Shown here: piece after piece, positions 25,545-38,800 of the stretch | Numbering within the stretch: position 1 is the first letter of the stretch | Layout of the letters: the number at the start of each line of letters is the position of its first letter | DNA from: Marsupella aquatica | Taxonomy: Eukaryota; Plantae; Marchantiophyta | DNA: 64,000 nucleotides | Direction of reading: 5' to 3' | Assembly (NCBI GenBank): GCA_973895155.1 | Contig: OZ316898.1 | Location: 16,978,752 to 17,042,751, forward strand | Position numbers and translations under genes: made by a program | The notes under the pieces: generated by a model | Database searches by the model: none | What the model saw: the letters and a program-made list of their open reading frames with translations, nothing else | What the model was told of the DNA's origin: nothing

Positions 25545-28500
25545 TTAACTGTGTGACCATCTTTCAAAGAGCGACAAGCCATCATCCTGTAAGAAAGTCT
25601 ACCGAAGGGCCTGACGTCATAGAGAAGTGTAAGTTTCCCTGGAGCCCAAGATGTTCTTGCGCTTGAGCTCGTTGGGTATTGAGAATCTCTGCCAGAAACT
25701 AGAGCAGGACCCATAAAGTAACTATCTTATTGGGTCCACCAGCAATCCCAAAACATACAAAAAATGCCCCGAGTAAATTCTAGATGAAACTATAGTAGCA
25801 CACTCATGAGCTATACTGAACCTCCTTCTCTGCTCACTCTGAAACTAGTGTGTAGCTTCTTCTGAGTGCTCTTATCGTCCCAATTTCTAATGAAGCATCC
25901 AAACAACATTTGCCTGTAATCATTAAGTTGCTTAGAGAATGTTTAGCCCACTCTCTAGCAAGCGTGTTTGCCGAGGGTTGGCTCATGTGACTTTCTAAGA
26001 GCGCCAGGCAAGGAAATTTCGTGTTCACTAAGTCTGAATGCAACTGAAGGAGGTGAAGTAGATTGCATCTCACATGCATTGCAATCAGAGGTGTTGCACC
26101 ACAGGTGAGGGCGAGTATAATAATCACCCAGATATACCAATATTTGCGAGTCATTGTAACCCCCACTGTTACGAACAGGAGCCAGAGCTGCACTTAACAT
26201 TCAGTCAGATCAGCAAGTCTACCGTGCAAGTCAAGACCAGTAGCAGACCTTGAAAGGGAAGCTAGCTTTCGATGCGAACGCAGTGGTAGGACAATTCGAA
26301 AGTCTTACATTCTCTATCTATTAATATTGTTGCACTTAGTATCACAGAAAAATTCTTGAAACGCATAATACAGTGAACAATGCACAACCTGCAGTGGTCC
26401 TCCATAGTGTATGTAGTCAGCAAACTTGTAACTTCCAGGACTGTACACCATGAGGTTGGTAGGACACGCTGTCGGTGTCATGAAACCCGCAGAGGCTGCC
26501 ATCATTAAGACGTAGGCAAAGGGCCGGAAATCCAAATCTTGGTGATTTGCTGCTGCGAGAGCCACAGGAAACATGATGGTGACAGCAGCGCTGTTTGTGA
26601 TGGCCAAGGAGAAGAGCGTGGTCGCTATATATGTACAGGAGATCAACCCAAACTGCATCATTACAATCACATATGTTTAGCCAAGGTTCAGTAGTAAGAT
26701 TACTACTGTGGGCCCTCCCAAGAGTCTGCAAGCGTCTGCAATGTGAAGCATAAGTTAATTACATCAAGTAGAGACCAAAAACTTATTTTGAAGTCTCAGC
26801 CCCTTTAAAATCTTCCAGTATCAATTTTTGCAACTGGTGCTGCATACCCACGTCCATGTTGGTTTCACGGACTGACCGCTCGCGGGCATGTAACAGAAGA
26901 CGTATTGGCGGGTGTGTAATAGTTTAGACATCTTCCATCAGTGTGACATTCGCTTTCGATTTTCTCCAGTGATCTGAGGACCCCGGAGACAGATCAAAGA
27001 CACACAATGATTTGTTTCATATTTATGGACCGAGAGTTGTATTGGATACCAAAGTACGTCTCTAGATCGGACAAACTAACAAGTACAGGTCGAAATGAAG
27101 TTCTTACGCTGAAGAATTCCTGAACGTCCTATACATTGTTACTTACCATTGATTTTCCTGCGAGCCCCATAAGTGCCTTAGCTAGGATAGCCGCTGCTCC
27201 ACTTTCCACCATTGCCTCTGCGATTCCGAATGCCGCCGCAATCATTATCAGCACTGGGAGCTCAATAGCATCCTGTATCCGTACATGGAATCTTAATCCC
27301 TCTTGCAAGAGTAAACCAGTGTCTGTGTATGACTGTTAACTGCACCTGATTGTGGAACCTCAATTATTTTGTGAATTAGAAAGTTCAACTCACTGAATTG
27401 ACCTTTCTACAATATTGGCCGTCAGGATACAGGGAAGGTAGTTTGCTGAAGTATAAGCATGGGACTTCAGACTCAAATACTTTGCTTCAGAACTCTTTAT
27501 GCAGCAACAACTACAACAACAGATCTATTGCATGCATGTTGCAGTTGGGGCTACCCAGTCAACATACTCTTGACTTGTTTCATTTCCACGTTTAAGACTT
27601 CACTACTAATGAGTGCGTCTTTACTCAAATTTGTGGATAATTCATATTCTAATTGATTCTGATGCAGTTTGTCTGGCTGTTGCTAAGGTTGGCCAGCCTC
27701 ATAAAAAGCTTTCTTCAGTCACTCTGGTGAACCAACTGGTTTTGCAATTTGTTAGATTAATAGTCCTGTTTGCGTGCGGAATATACGAGGTCTTAGTTCT
27801 GTGTTGGTGCTGTGCGACCTTAAAAGGTCAATTTATTGAGAAGATCAGAAATTTACCATTGCATCTTGAGGTGTAAGGCATCTGGTGAGCAGCAGTCCCG
27901 CAGACGAGACCAAAGCACACATGAGCAAATCAATCCCCACTCCACTAGCCACCACCATGCCGATCACAAGCACTGAGGCAATGGCTGCCTTCTTCCTGTT
28001 CAGAGGTTTAAAACCTGGCAGCTGCCCATGGTAAAAATATTCAACAAGGTAGTTGATAGGTCATCGATGAGAAACTTTTTCCAACGTTTTAACAATTTTA
28101 CTTGACTGCAGGACTGAACTCTTTTTTCCTTTTATTACAAGATTTAAGAGTGATTGTTAAATGGATGCTGTACAGTACACGATTTTTTTCAGATGGTCCA
28201 GAAGAAAAGGTGATCTAAGCAATTGATTGTGTTTTGCTTGAGAACAGTAAGACTCTCCTACCTGAGAGACTAATGAAAAATGCGAGCTGCTTCGATGTTT
28301 TGTGACGAAGTCAGGAGTATCAGCAACCATCAACAAGCAATCGCCTGCTTCCACTCTGATCTCACCTATCAAACTACAAACAAAGGGTTCACTTGGATGT
28401 CACTACAAACTAAGGGTTCTAGTCTGACTTCTGCAAGACTGTGTGGGCCAGATGGCAAATTACAACTCAGTCTGAAATGCACCCTTGAGAGACCTTCAGC

Positions 28501-31500
28501 AATGGTAACGCCAATTCAATACCATCTCAAACTAAGCAGAACACCCATCACCTGGTCAAGCGCTTCCCGTGGCGGTGTATAGCTGCAAATGTTGAATTGA
28601 AGCGAGTCCGACACTGAAGGTCAGTAATTCGTTCATGAACCATTGATGACCCTGCTGCAATCACGGCTTCAACTAATATTTGAGTCGCCTTAAGTTGATT
28701 AAGATCAACCTCTCCTTGACCCTGTCGCAGAGTTTCATCAAACAGTTGAACTCAGGCAAATTGTTATGGAAAGTTTCTACAAATATGAACGCCTTGGAAT
28801 AATACTTTGTTATCTCCAGATTGGTCACATCAAGAAAATAATGTCGCCTCTCGAAAAGTAGAACTACTATGTCACAGCTAGATAAACCAAGAATTAAATT
28901 ATGGATCTAACAATATACCAATATTTTGCAGGAATGAAAAGATGACCGTGTTTTATCTATGGCTAACTTGAATGTAACTAGTTGTAGCCATAACGAATAT
29001 TTAAGGAGGTCGGACTTTGGACGAGATAGCCCTACTGGTGGTGAGGCTGGCTCATTGCATTCCATCTCACGGTGGTTTACCAGGGCTAAGCATCAAGGGT
29101 CAGAAGACTACTTTGTTATTGAATGGGTAGGGGGCCAACAAGACTTAGCCATAAAGATCGTGCTATCCAGGGTCTACATGATGATTACAAGTTAGACACA
29201 TGTCACATTTTCATTTTTAAACATTTGATAAATAGTTAGCAGTTTGAATCAGCTGAATTGAAATTGCTCTTACTCATAAGCAACATTATTGGGGAAAGCA
29301 GTTCTCACCTCATCCTCAGGAAGCATCATGCCCTTCATTTGTGTCAAGAGGAGTATAGAGTCAATCACTCCTACAAAATGGAGCCGATCCTTTGGTTGAA
29401 GAACCACATCTGGTGTAGGATCAGCTATGGTTTCAATATCTCTAGTAATCGCTACCAGAGTGAGCCCAGGTTGACAGCCCACTCCACTCCCCTCGATGGA
29501 CTTTTGTTCTAGTTTGGAGTTTTGTTTGATAACAAGCTCAATGTTGTATTCCCTAGAGACCAAAACCAACTCCAATGTTTAAAAAGTTGTGGATGGAAAG
29601 TTGTAACGTTTCTTAAGTTTTGTTTGCTAGCAAATAAGATTTGCATCATTGAGACATAAACTTTCGTTTAGTACCAGATTTAGGGAGGTCAAGGAGTCCA
29701 AAGATATCAAGAGTGGGTAACTATTACTCTAACTATGATGTTTAAGTTCACAAGTCCACTCTTCTCCCACTTGACATCTTTCTTTGTGTCATTTTGTGTA
29801 CTGAGAACCCAAGTGAGGAGCAATTTAATAGATCCTTGCACTGCCTACATTGAAAGAAATACCTTTCCACCTGGGCATATGAGATTACCACAAAATATAA
29901 CTAATTTTGATACTTTCTCGTGATATGCAATCATGTACTACTAAAACTCTTTCTTTGCTCCCTTTGGATTTGGGAACATCGGATGGCTATTTCCCTTGGT
30001 TAGAAAACTTTCAATAAAATCACATGAATCACTAAGTTCAGTGATAGTAAAATCCAAAAGTAGTTCAATGACCTTATTTGAAAACATCTTCCAAAATTTC
30101 ATTTAGACTATGTTGTGAGTAGGGACCAGCATGAGTAGTCAAGGTTCTGGCAGCCCTTACTGTGCACGCACAGGGGTATTTGGGCTATTTTCACTGAAAT
30201 GCAATGCACAGGGAACTGTTTTTTGAACTGAGAAAAAAATTGAAATCCATTACACAAGCCCTTTGCCGTCGCTGCATCGTTACACTTGCAGCTGTTGGTT
30301 TGCAATAAAATGGCTTTCGGTTGTTATTTTGTATTGAAATCAGTCAGAGGCAATTTTCTTGCAAGCTGAGAAAGAAATACAGGCGCATGGAGCGTAAGGA
30401 GGAAAAAGACCCAGAAAAGCCGCAGCCAAAGAGACTGGCTCTCTGATTTAACAATAGCCAAAAATCATTTTCTGCGTTTGTTTCATTCCAACCCCACCCA
30501 ACAGACTTTTTCACAAGCCCAGCCAAAAATCAAGATTTCAATTTGAAATATAATTATATCACACCACCAAAGAACAAAATGTACCAAACCCAGAGACAAG
30601 ATGATCCCAAAGGTAGGCGACCCAATAAAGGGGAGAAACAGGGAGGGGGCAAAAGGCAACCTAGGCTTAGCAGTGGTGGCTTGCGTAGCAATTCGATCAG
30701 GCAACAGTTTGCCAGAAAAGGCAACAATATAAAAGATGCCAGCTATGGTGATAGGCAAGCCGATAATCCCAATCTCAAAAAGGCTCATATGCATATTCGG
30801 AATCTTTTGTGCTGCCATTGATAACACCACTAGATTTGTGCTGGCACCTATGAGAGTCATGGTGCCCCCCAAGTTTGCAGCATAGCTCAATGGCATCAAC
30901 ATTTTGGATGGTGCCACGTTCACCTGCATCAAATTTAGCAAAGGACACTTTCAATAGATTCATCCATCCTAATATTTTTGTCTAAAGTTTCGAGTCAATA
31001 TAAATTCGATTCTTGCTTTCCAAAAGCACCAAAAAAGGCATACAGTAGCTAATGAGACGAACACACTTGGGTATTGAAAGTCATCACCTTTTTGCCAAAC
31101 TCCAAAATGGGTGGGATCATCATTGCAACGAGAGGGATGTTGGCCAAGAAAGCACTAAATATGGCCACAGGAACACAAAATTTAAGCAAGACCCAAACCA
31201 TGCTGCCTTCTGTTCTGCTACGTGTCCTCCCCAGCTTTGTGGATTTGGACTTATTTGGAGCCCTGAAGAGCACAGAAGCCACATATTCCAACCCTCCTGA
31301 CATTTCTATGCCTGTTTTGGGGGGCAAATCCAAGTTATTGGTTAGTATTATTTGCAAAGTCAGCTGCTGTAACCAAACTCTCAACAATAGCAGCATTGGA
31401 CAAATTACTAATAAAATAGACAATAAAGCTTGAGTGGCTTCAGTGCCTATAAAAAAGGAATATTGTTTTTAGTCACAAACCCCCCTTTTTGGTTGATACT

Positions 31501-32054
31501 TCCACCTCGAAAAATCTGGCTGAAGGGGAATCATCTCTTCACAATCATTTTTTGTTAAAGAAACATCCCCTATAGTAGTATGTTGGACTTCACCAGTGAT
31601 ACCACTCTCATATTTGCCTCTGGTGCACTCCAGAAATATACCTCACAATGATGTGCAATCTATGCCAACATGGTGCAACATATGGTGGCTAATCAGATTC
31701 TAGTGCACATCATAACCATGAACCAAGCTAATAATGTAAGAGAGATAAAGATGTAGCTTGCCAGTTCTAATGCAGACCTATTTGGTGTTGTTGGAAAAAC
31801 TCACCTCGAGCAACTACAAAGAGAACTGCCACAGCAAGAATGGCTTCATCTGCAAATCCATGAAATGCCTCTTTGATATCTATGATTGAAAGCAAAAGGC
31901 AAATGATAAGCACCCCCATCATCACAAGATAAGGAGGGGCCAACTCGGCCACAAGGGCAACCAACATGAAGCCAACCAACCCCAACACAACCCATCCTTG
32001 CCACCCTTCTACCTCTGGTATGGCTATCAAAGATGGCTTTACAGCTGCTGCCAT
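25545..32054 (-). CDS. SLT: SLT-type sodium/sulfate cotransporter (CitMHS/SLC13-related, with TrkA-C domains); C-terminus unresolved
   Basis: Exons at about 32054-31805, 31311-31088, 30923-30661, 29551-29308, 28722-28552, 28373-28262, 28022-27857, 27272-27147, 26652-26389 and 26187-26074. Motifs SAFLANIPLVAMMIP, PSKMLMPLSYAANLGGTMTLIGASTNLVV, two TrkA-C-like repeats, ITNSAAVTIMFPVA and MAASAGFMTPTACPTNLMVYSPGSYKFADY. No lesions seen in the core. Confidence 0.88.
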
Positions 32055-32200
32055 CAGTTGTACTAGTTTAATCCTTCAAATCTTGGAACATCCTTTTCTG
32101 TTATAACTTCTGAATGCCTCCTTCTTGTGAAACCATTCCAACTGAACCCATCCACCCTCTAACACTTTTACTGTCCAAACTATATAATGAGTTGTGCCAT

Positions 32201-32430
32201 GGGGATGCCGATCCTCCTCTATTAAGTTGTAACTTCTTGTTGATAATTATGTGTCAGCCTGTTTTGAGAGAAAGATAAATTCAAAGGTGTTGTGCATGTT
32301 TGCTCAATGCTGTTGGGGTGCCAATCCTCCTGTCTTTTAAGTTGTAACTTTCATGTTGATAATTCTGTATCTTGTCAGCCTGCTTGATGAGAAAGATCAA
32401 TTCAAAGGTGTTTTGCATGTTTTCTCAATG
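32201..32430. repeat. Diverged tandem duplication (~110 bp x2) in the SLT upstream region
   Basis: GGGG.TGCC.ATCCTCCT...TTAAGTTGTAACTT...GTTGATAATT...GTCAGCCTG...GAGAAAGAT.AATTCAAAGGTGTT.TGCATGTTT.CTCAATG at 32201-32309 and 32314-32430. Confidence 0.85.
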
Positions 32431-35400
32431 AGTATGGCATACTTGACCCCCGGTGTGGCCTCTATTTTGATTTTGAAAAGGTCTTCAGATCAATCTCACC
32501 ATAATAATAATCCTGTTCTTGGATGTCTCCTGTTTCTGCCATGGAATTCAAGACTCATACCAAACATTTGATAAGAGATGTGCACTGTTAATGTTCGCTT
32601 CAATTGGCTCAGGTAATAAATGGTTTTGAGTGTCCTGTTTCAGAAAATAGAGGTGGCCCCAATCTCACTGAGGTTGAGGGGTGCATCTTGAAAATCTGTC
32701 CCTTGGCCTCAGTGGAATTGACATTCTTTGCAATTCTAGCAGCCAAGCATTTCAATCTATGTCCATCCATTTTAATTGTGCCATTCTAATTCCCTCATGG
32801 ATCAATATATCCCTACTACACTCATCCAAATACTTTGTCTGGGTCCCTAGTGTCATAAACATCCATCTCTTTTCTGCCATTCATCCAGTCACGTGTTTGG
32901 AAATGCATCTCTAAACAGCATTGCCTCAATTCATTTGAAATCAAACCGTCCTTGTTTTGGCCCACATCCATCTTTTGCCATTAGGCTGTCCATTGCTTTT
33001 GAAACCTTGTGAGACATTCCTTGTATCCTTCCAACTGTTCATTCCCTAGCATGCTCTCATAACTATTTAGTTTGTTTGGACCAACAACTTCTCCACTAGA
33101 CATCACTCATTGGAGATTTGAATGTGAGATCAGCTCCTCCTAAGATTGTTGTCAATACGTCTCTGAACTATTGTTCATTTTTTTCGTCATACCTCTGCAT
33201 ACTGCATTTTCACCACAACAACAGTGTGAATCAAGCATAAAAAAGTATCATTGTCAATAAGAATACCCACCAATTCTCAAAATGAGGAAATTGAAGTCCT
33301 CATAGACACACAATGTTTGAGAAGGTGCTTGGATGGACTTGCATGGATAGCTTTGAAAAGCTGTTTCTCACTCAGGTAACACTCTTTGATTGTCTAAATG
33401 CTCACCATTTTGGGTGTCAAAAGCAATGGGTCCACCAGAGTTCCCAGAGCAAACATTGTGGTCCATCCAAGCATCCCTCTCCACTATCAAAGAATACTCT
33501 TTATAATAACGAATTTCAGTTGTAGACTTTGACTTGGGCTACCCTCAGGCTTCTCCTTCATATAGCTTCATGTATTTAATGGGATTTTAATACTCCAAGA
33601 TTCCTCTTTCTTGCTAAAGGTTTTGGCTGCGCTCAAGTTTTGACACTTGAGAGACAAAGTGTCAAGGGGAAAATGCTCAAATTATGGTAATTTATTGTTG
33701 CGTGCTAGTGTTACGGTAGTGTGGTGTATATATTTTCAGCAAAGTAGGAAAAGTGAGTCTCCCAATCATGTCAACTATTATGTCAACTACCATGATGTGT
33801 CGACCCAAAATACTGACCGTATGTACAATGGAAAGATAAATTCTGAGTTCACAACAACATTGAAATGGTCCACCTGAATTGTTTGTGAAAACATTGTGGT
33901 CTATCAGAGCTTCTCTATGAAGTTGTAGTTTTTTTGCTTATAAAAAGTACAGGGAGACACTGAAAAACTTCATTTTCCAATTTTATTTGCAACTGACAAG
34001 AACACTATAAGCTGAGGTTTGTCCAACTAGTGTCATCATAGGATTTCATAAGATGCTAGTTGCAGAGTAAATTGCAAATATGGTACAAGGAAATGGAAAA
34101 CCTTGTCATGGCAAAAACAATCGAAACCCAGGAGAGGGGTCAGTCCACCAAGAACAACACTACTGAGAGCCTTAAACTAACACTAACCATTCAACTCATT
34201 CTTCTTCTCTCCCATGCCGGTTTGCTCCACAATTTTACAAAAAGGTTACTATTTATGGTGAAACCTGGTGGATCCAGGTTTTGTCATGGCTACTGGTGGT
34301 TTAACCAAAACCGTGCAAGCATAGGAATTTTTTTCACAGTAGCTATTGCAACACAATTTGCAATTGAAATCCAACTCCTGCAATTGTGAATGCAATGCAA
34401 GAATAATTGCAGGAGTTAAATTTCATTCTGACATGCTCAGTTTACATGAGTCTACCACAACTCGCCATTTTTATATAAATTAGCTGACATCAGCCAGTCA
34501 GGTATTTTATTCTAGGGCCCTACAGAAACCCAAGATTTCTCAGAAGACTTTACACTGTAGCTTTCAATCTTATTGGCTACAGTTTTTAATCTTCCAGTTC
34601 AATGGTGCATGATGGGTACATGTCAAGCTGGGAAATGATATAAAATGGTAGCTTCTTTCTCTCTTCATGGACGACACTCAGAAGACCTGGTTATATATTT
34701 TTGGCTAAATCGAGAGGGTATATGCTCAGAATACTTAGTGCGGGCTTGAGTGAGATCGTTTCAATATTCAAGAATTGATTTTGGCCTTAGTTCAAATACT
34801 TTGTAAAATATGATTGTGAGGAGATGAGCAACGGACTAGTGTGAAGCAAGCATCACCTTGAAGCGAAGGGAACAGGTGCATGAATCTGACTTGACACCTT
34901 TGATGTCGGTCTGCTAGGAGTTGAAGGATTTCGACGAGAAACACAGCTAGAGTTGCAGTCATTGAGGTTGGAATATTCTAAATGAAATTCAGACTGGCCT
35001 CTCAGACACTCTTGATGTCACTGACATGACACGATCTGAGCAGGACAGAGGGCAGGGAGAAATTGACGAGGATCAGTCAAGAGTGGAAAATTAAGCCCTG
35101 CAAGATCATTGTCGAATTGAGATTTTGTATCCAATCGTGTCTCTTAGACAAATGTGGTTTTGCTGTTGCAGTTTCAACACATACTGAGATGGCTGGGGAG
35201 ACAACTTCTGATATTGACATGAGGTTTGTCAATGCCACCAGACAATCCCTCATCCAGTTCAATAATTACACATCAGGTTCAATAATTACATGACACACTT
35301 ATTCCTCAGAAGGAAACCGAATCCATCCATTCTCCATTTTACTTCTTGACTTTGCCGTCACCGCCACCCGAGCTTCAAATATCGACTCTGCAAACATCAG

Positions 35401-35839
35401 CTTATGAAGTTTGAGACAGTTGGTATCAAGACTATCTACTAAACTCCAAAAATCAAAACCAAATTTAAACTCCAAAAATCAAAACAACTAACATCCCATC
35501 ACGCGCAGACTTCTTCGTCAATAAAGGCTGTGGCATTGAGGGATGATACGAAAACTTCGCCTCGTAGGATCCTTACTATTTTTCAGTATCTACTTCAAAA
35601 CGAAACTTATAACTTGTTTTGCAGATATATTGCTCGATCAAGTTAAGTTCTAAGGTTTTTCCTTTTCGTAAGGAAAGTCCTTAAGAGAGCTGACTTCCAA
35701 CCAATAAGACATACTGCTGGAATATTACATTCGAAAATATTCCGGGAATTAAACATAATTATTTTGTGCAGTAGAGCAGTTCCTTTCACCTACGGGCTTA
35801 AGGTACTTGAGCGAAGACAGATATACTTGACTTACCTGG

Positions 35840-38800
35840 TTAGACGACTATATTAGCTCGCTTTGGCAATTGTATACCTGCTCTAAACATGATATCCTTC
35901 GCAGCGACTTTTGCCTTAGCAATGACATCCATCTGCATCACCACGGCACATGCATATGAAACCTTGCTGCGATCACAAATTGATACAAGTATCAATCATC
36001 CCCTACAGCAGGCTACGTCTTTTCTAATAGAAAAACTGGGAACGTTTAAGACCACAAGCCTTGAGATTACACGGACCAAATTCAAACAATCATTTGTCCC
36101 ACAGAATAGAGTAAGACCTCACCGGACTCCTCTTCAACCAAGGCAAAAAGGACACATTCCAAAACAGTGAAAAAGTAGGAACAGCCTGAGGAAAGAAGTT
36201 GAGAGGCTGGTTTGCAAGGAAGCATATGCAAAAACATTTCTATCGGTGTTCAATTTGAAAGTAAGGCACTGTCGCCAGTTTCCTGAACCATACAAGGATT
36301 GGAACACACAAATTCGCACACGAAAGGGCACTCTATCAAGGAGTCATCTTAAAGTGCGGCATCGAGTGCAAACACAGCCTAATTTCAGTTCAATTTCAAA
36401 TGTAGAATCACCAGGGGATGTCTGCAAGATATGTCAACCTCGACCAAAGGAGGGTGACGTCTCGTGACTCATATTGTCCCCATGTAAGAGATATGACCGC
36501 TGCAATAGAGCTTTTATCCCATGACCAGAGAATGTCTCTACTATTTGGACTTAAAAAATGTCAAAGAATCTGAAAGTAACTTTGGTGTCAAGATAAGCTC
36601 TCACGTGAACATGTTAAGAAATGTGTACCTCATCGACTGTGAGAATCTTGTGGTCACGCATAATCCATTGACCATCACACATCACCGAGGTTATATTCTC
36701 TGTCCTCATGCAATAGACAATGCTGGAAATCCTGCAAATCAGAATAGTAGATTTGAGCAGTTGGGATACATCCGTTTCCACAAGTAAGACTCTTTGGAGA
36801 TGGCCTTCAAAGTATTAAAAAAATCTGTCTCATAATCACTCTATGATTCCTGGACTACAATGCTTTCAATGTCAGAAATCACAATGAGAGAAATCGTTAC
36901 GGATCATGAAGAGGAAGCATTGTCCACTTTTCTGGATCCATGATGACAAGATCTGCCTGTGACAATCAACACCAGTAAATTCTTAGTCCAATTTCAGCAT
37001 TTGATGATGGCTTCCAGATTTAGCGTAGCTATGCCCTTCAAGCACTCCAATAGGTATTCAAATTCTTCATTCTGCAAAACAGAGCTGCTAGTTGCTTCAG
37101 TCGTCAGTCGTACCATAACAATTAGAACAAAATATTTTGCAAGTACAGTAGATATGCAATTGGACCACGTTCCCAATTCATTGGCAGTTTCACCAATTGT
37201 AGAGAATATATAAGATTCATTCAATTTAAATTGCCTGCTTGAATGTGCAGCCCTTGTAGTCATCCAAAAGCATTCAACTTTCCACGACCTTCAACCTTAT
37301 GTACTTCCAGAAACTTGGAACTCAAAGAAGTTTTTAGGCAGCAACCATAGATGACAACCTTCTTGCCTGGTTCAATAGATCCAATCATGTGATCCCAAAG
37401 TACTGATTTGGCACCATTAATAGTCGCCATTTTCAGTATAGTCTCAGCTGGCAGGGCTGTTGGGTCAGTTGTGCCTTGGTCAAACACAACCTTTCCTTTG
37501 TTGATCAGCGAAGCCAGGTACATTTCATCCACTAGTCACAACAGAAACGCCAGCTATGAGTGTAGTAACAGAATCTCAAGGATGAAAAGGTCACCATTTG
37601 TAGCTAACACTTGCCACCGGAACAAATTGAAAACGAAAGCAACCTTAAAACCGACACATGGACCATTACGTTTCTTTCAATGGCGACCACAGAAACCTGC
37701 TCAGTAGACATATCGTTGACATTACACGGACCTTTTCTCTCAAGGAGACATTCTCTGAACAAACAAAAGACTTATGGTTCCAAATTGATCCCAGTGAGTG
37801 AAGAAGACATACCTAGACTCATCCGATTGTTTGAAGGGGCACCATCCGTTCCGAGTGACACGCAAATTCCTGCTGACAACATTTCTGCTATTGGTGCAAA
37901 GCCCAGCATTCGCATTGCTGCTGCTGGACAATGTGACACTTTCACTCCTTTCTTTGCCATCATCTCCACCTGCATACGGCACATATACGTCATGTCCATT
38001 GGGTCAACTCATACGTTGTCCCATCTACTGCCTATATTGGAAAAATGTATCGGATCAATCCCGAGGAGAGCGCAAAGTCTGACTTGTCAGTTATTTTAGC
38101 TATAGCTGCTCCAATTTGTTCCAGTGATCTCTGAGAAGTCCTTGTACACATGACAAATCCTCGGGTACATTTGCTGCTTTACATAGTCTATCACTCCCGA
38201 AAATTGGGGCATCTCTAAACCACATTGGAATTCTACCACATTCCAACTCTCAAAGCACACCCTCCAATCGCACCGCTCTGACAATCTAAATGGCTTTCCA
38301 AACACTTGCTAATCTTTCTTTGCCTCAATCTGGTCCTTACTCCCTACCCACAAACTTCAAAAATCATAGCCAAGCGATAATTAAAAAGTCTTGTCTGTAT
38401 TAGTAAACAACCACTGAAATCCCTACTCACAAAATTTAATAGTAATTTAGCCTGTGCTTTACCGAACAGTAGACTCATCTTTGCCCAAATTTCTATTTAG
38501 AAACATCAAGGTCCTATGGCTCTTCTAAGAACCCTGTCCAGCGTTGAATACCAGGGTGTTGGTCCCTGGGATATTTGCACTTGATGATCAAATCTGGACC
38601 GTGTGGCATCAATGTAAACCTTAGGGATCCCTACTATATCCCATAGTTCAATCATTTTGTGTGATCTTCAGTATACCAACGGAATTCTCCTCATCAAAGA
38701 ATTCCTGGAAGTTGCATGCTAATGACGGACTCATCAATGTGTATAAAAGTGGATCCCACAAGGAGCTGGCTGTATTGGTATCAGTGTATTAAAATTTGGC

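Noticed and set aside
24412-25548. Plus-strand ORFs with poly-Leu
   Set aside because: Antisense shadows of the AGT/AGC poly-Ser codons on the minus strand.
32600-33600. Stop-riddled minus-strand coding-like stretch
   Set aside because: Many stops in all frames and no identifiable motif.
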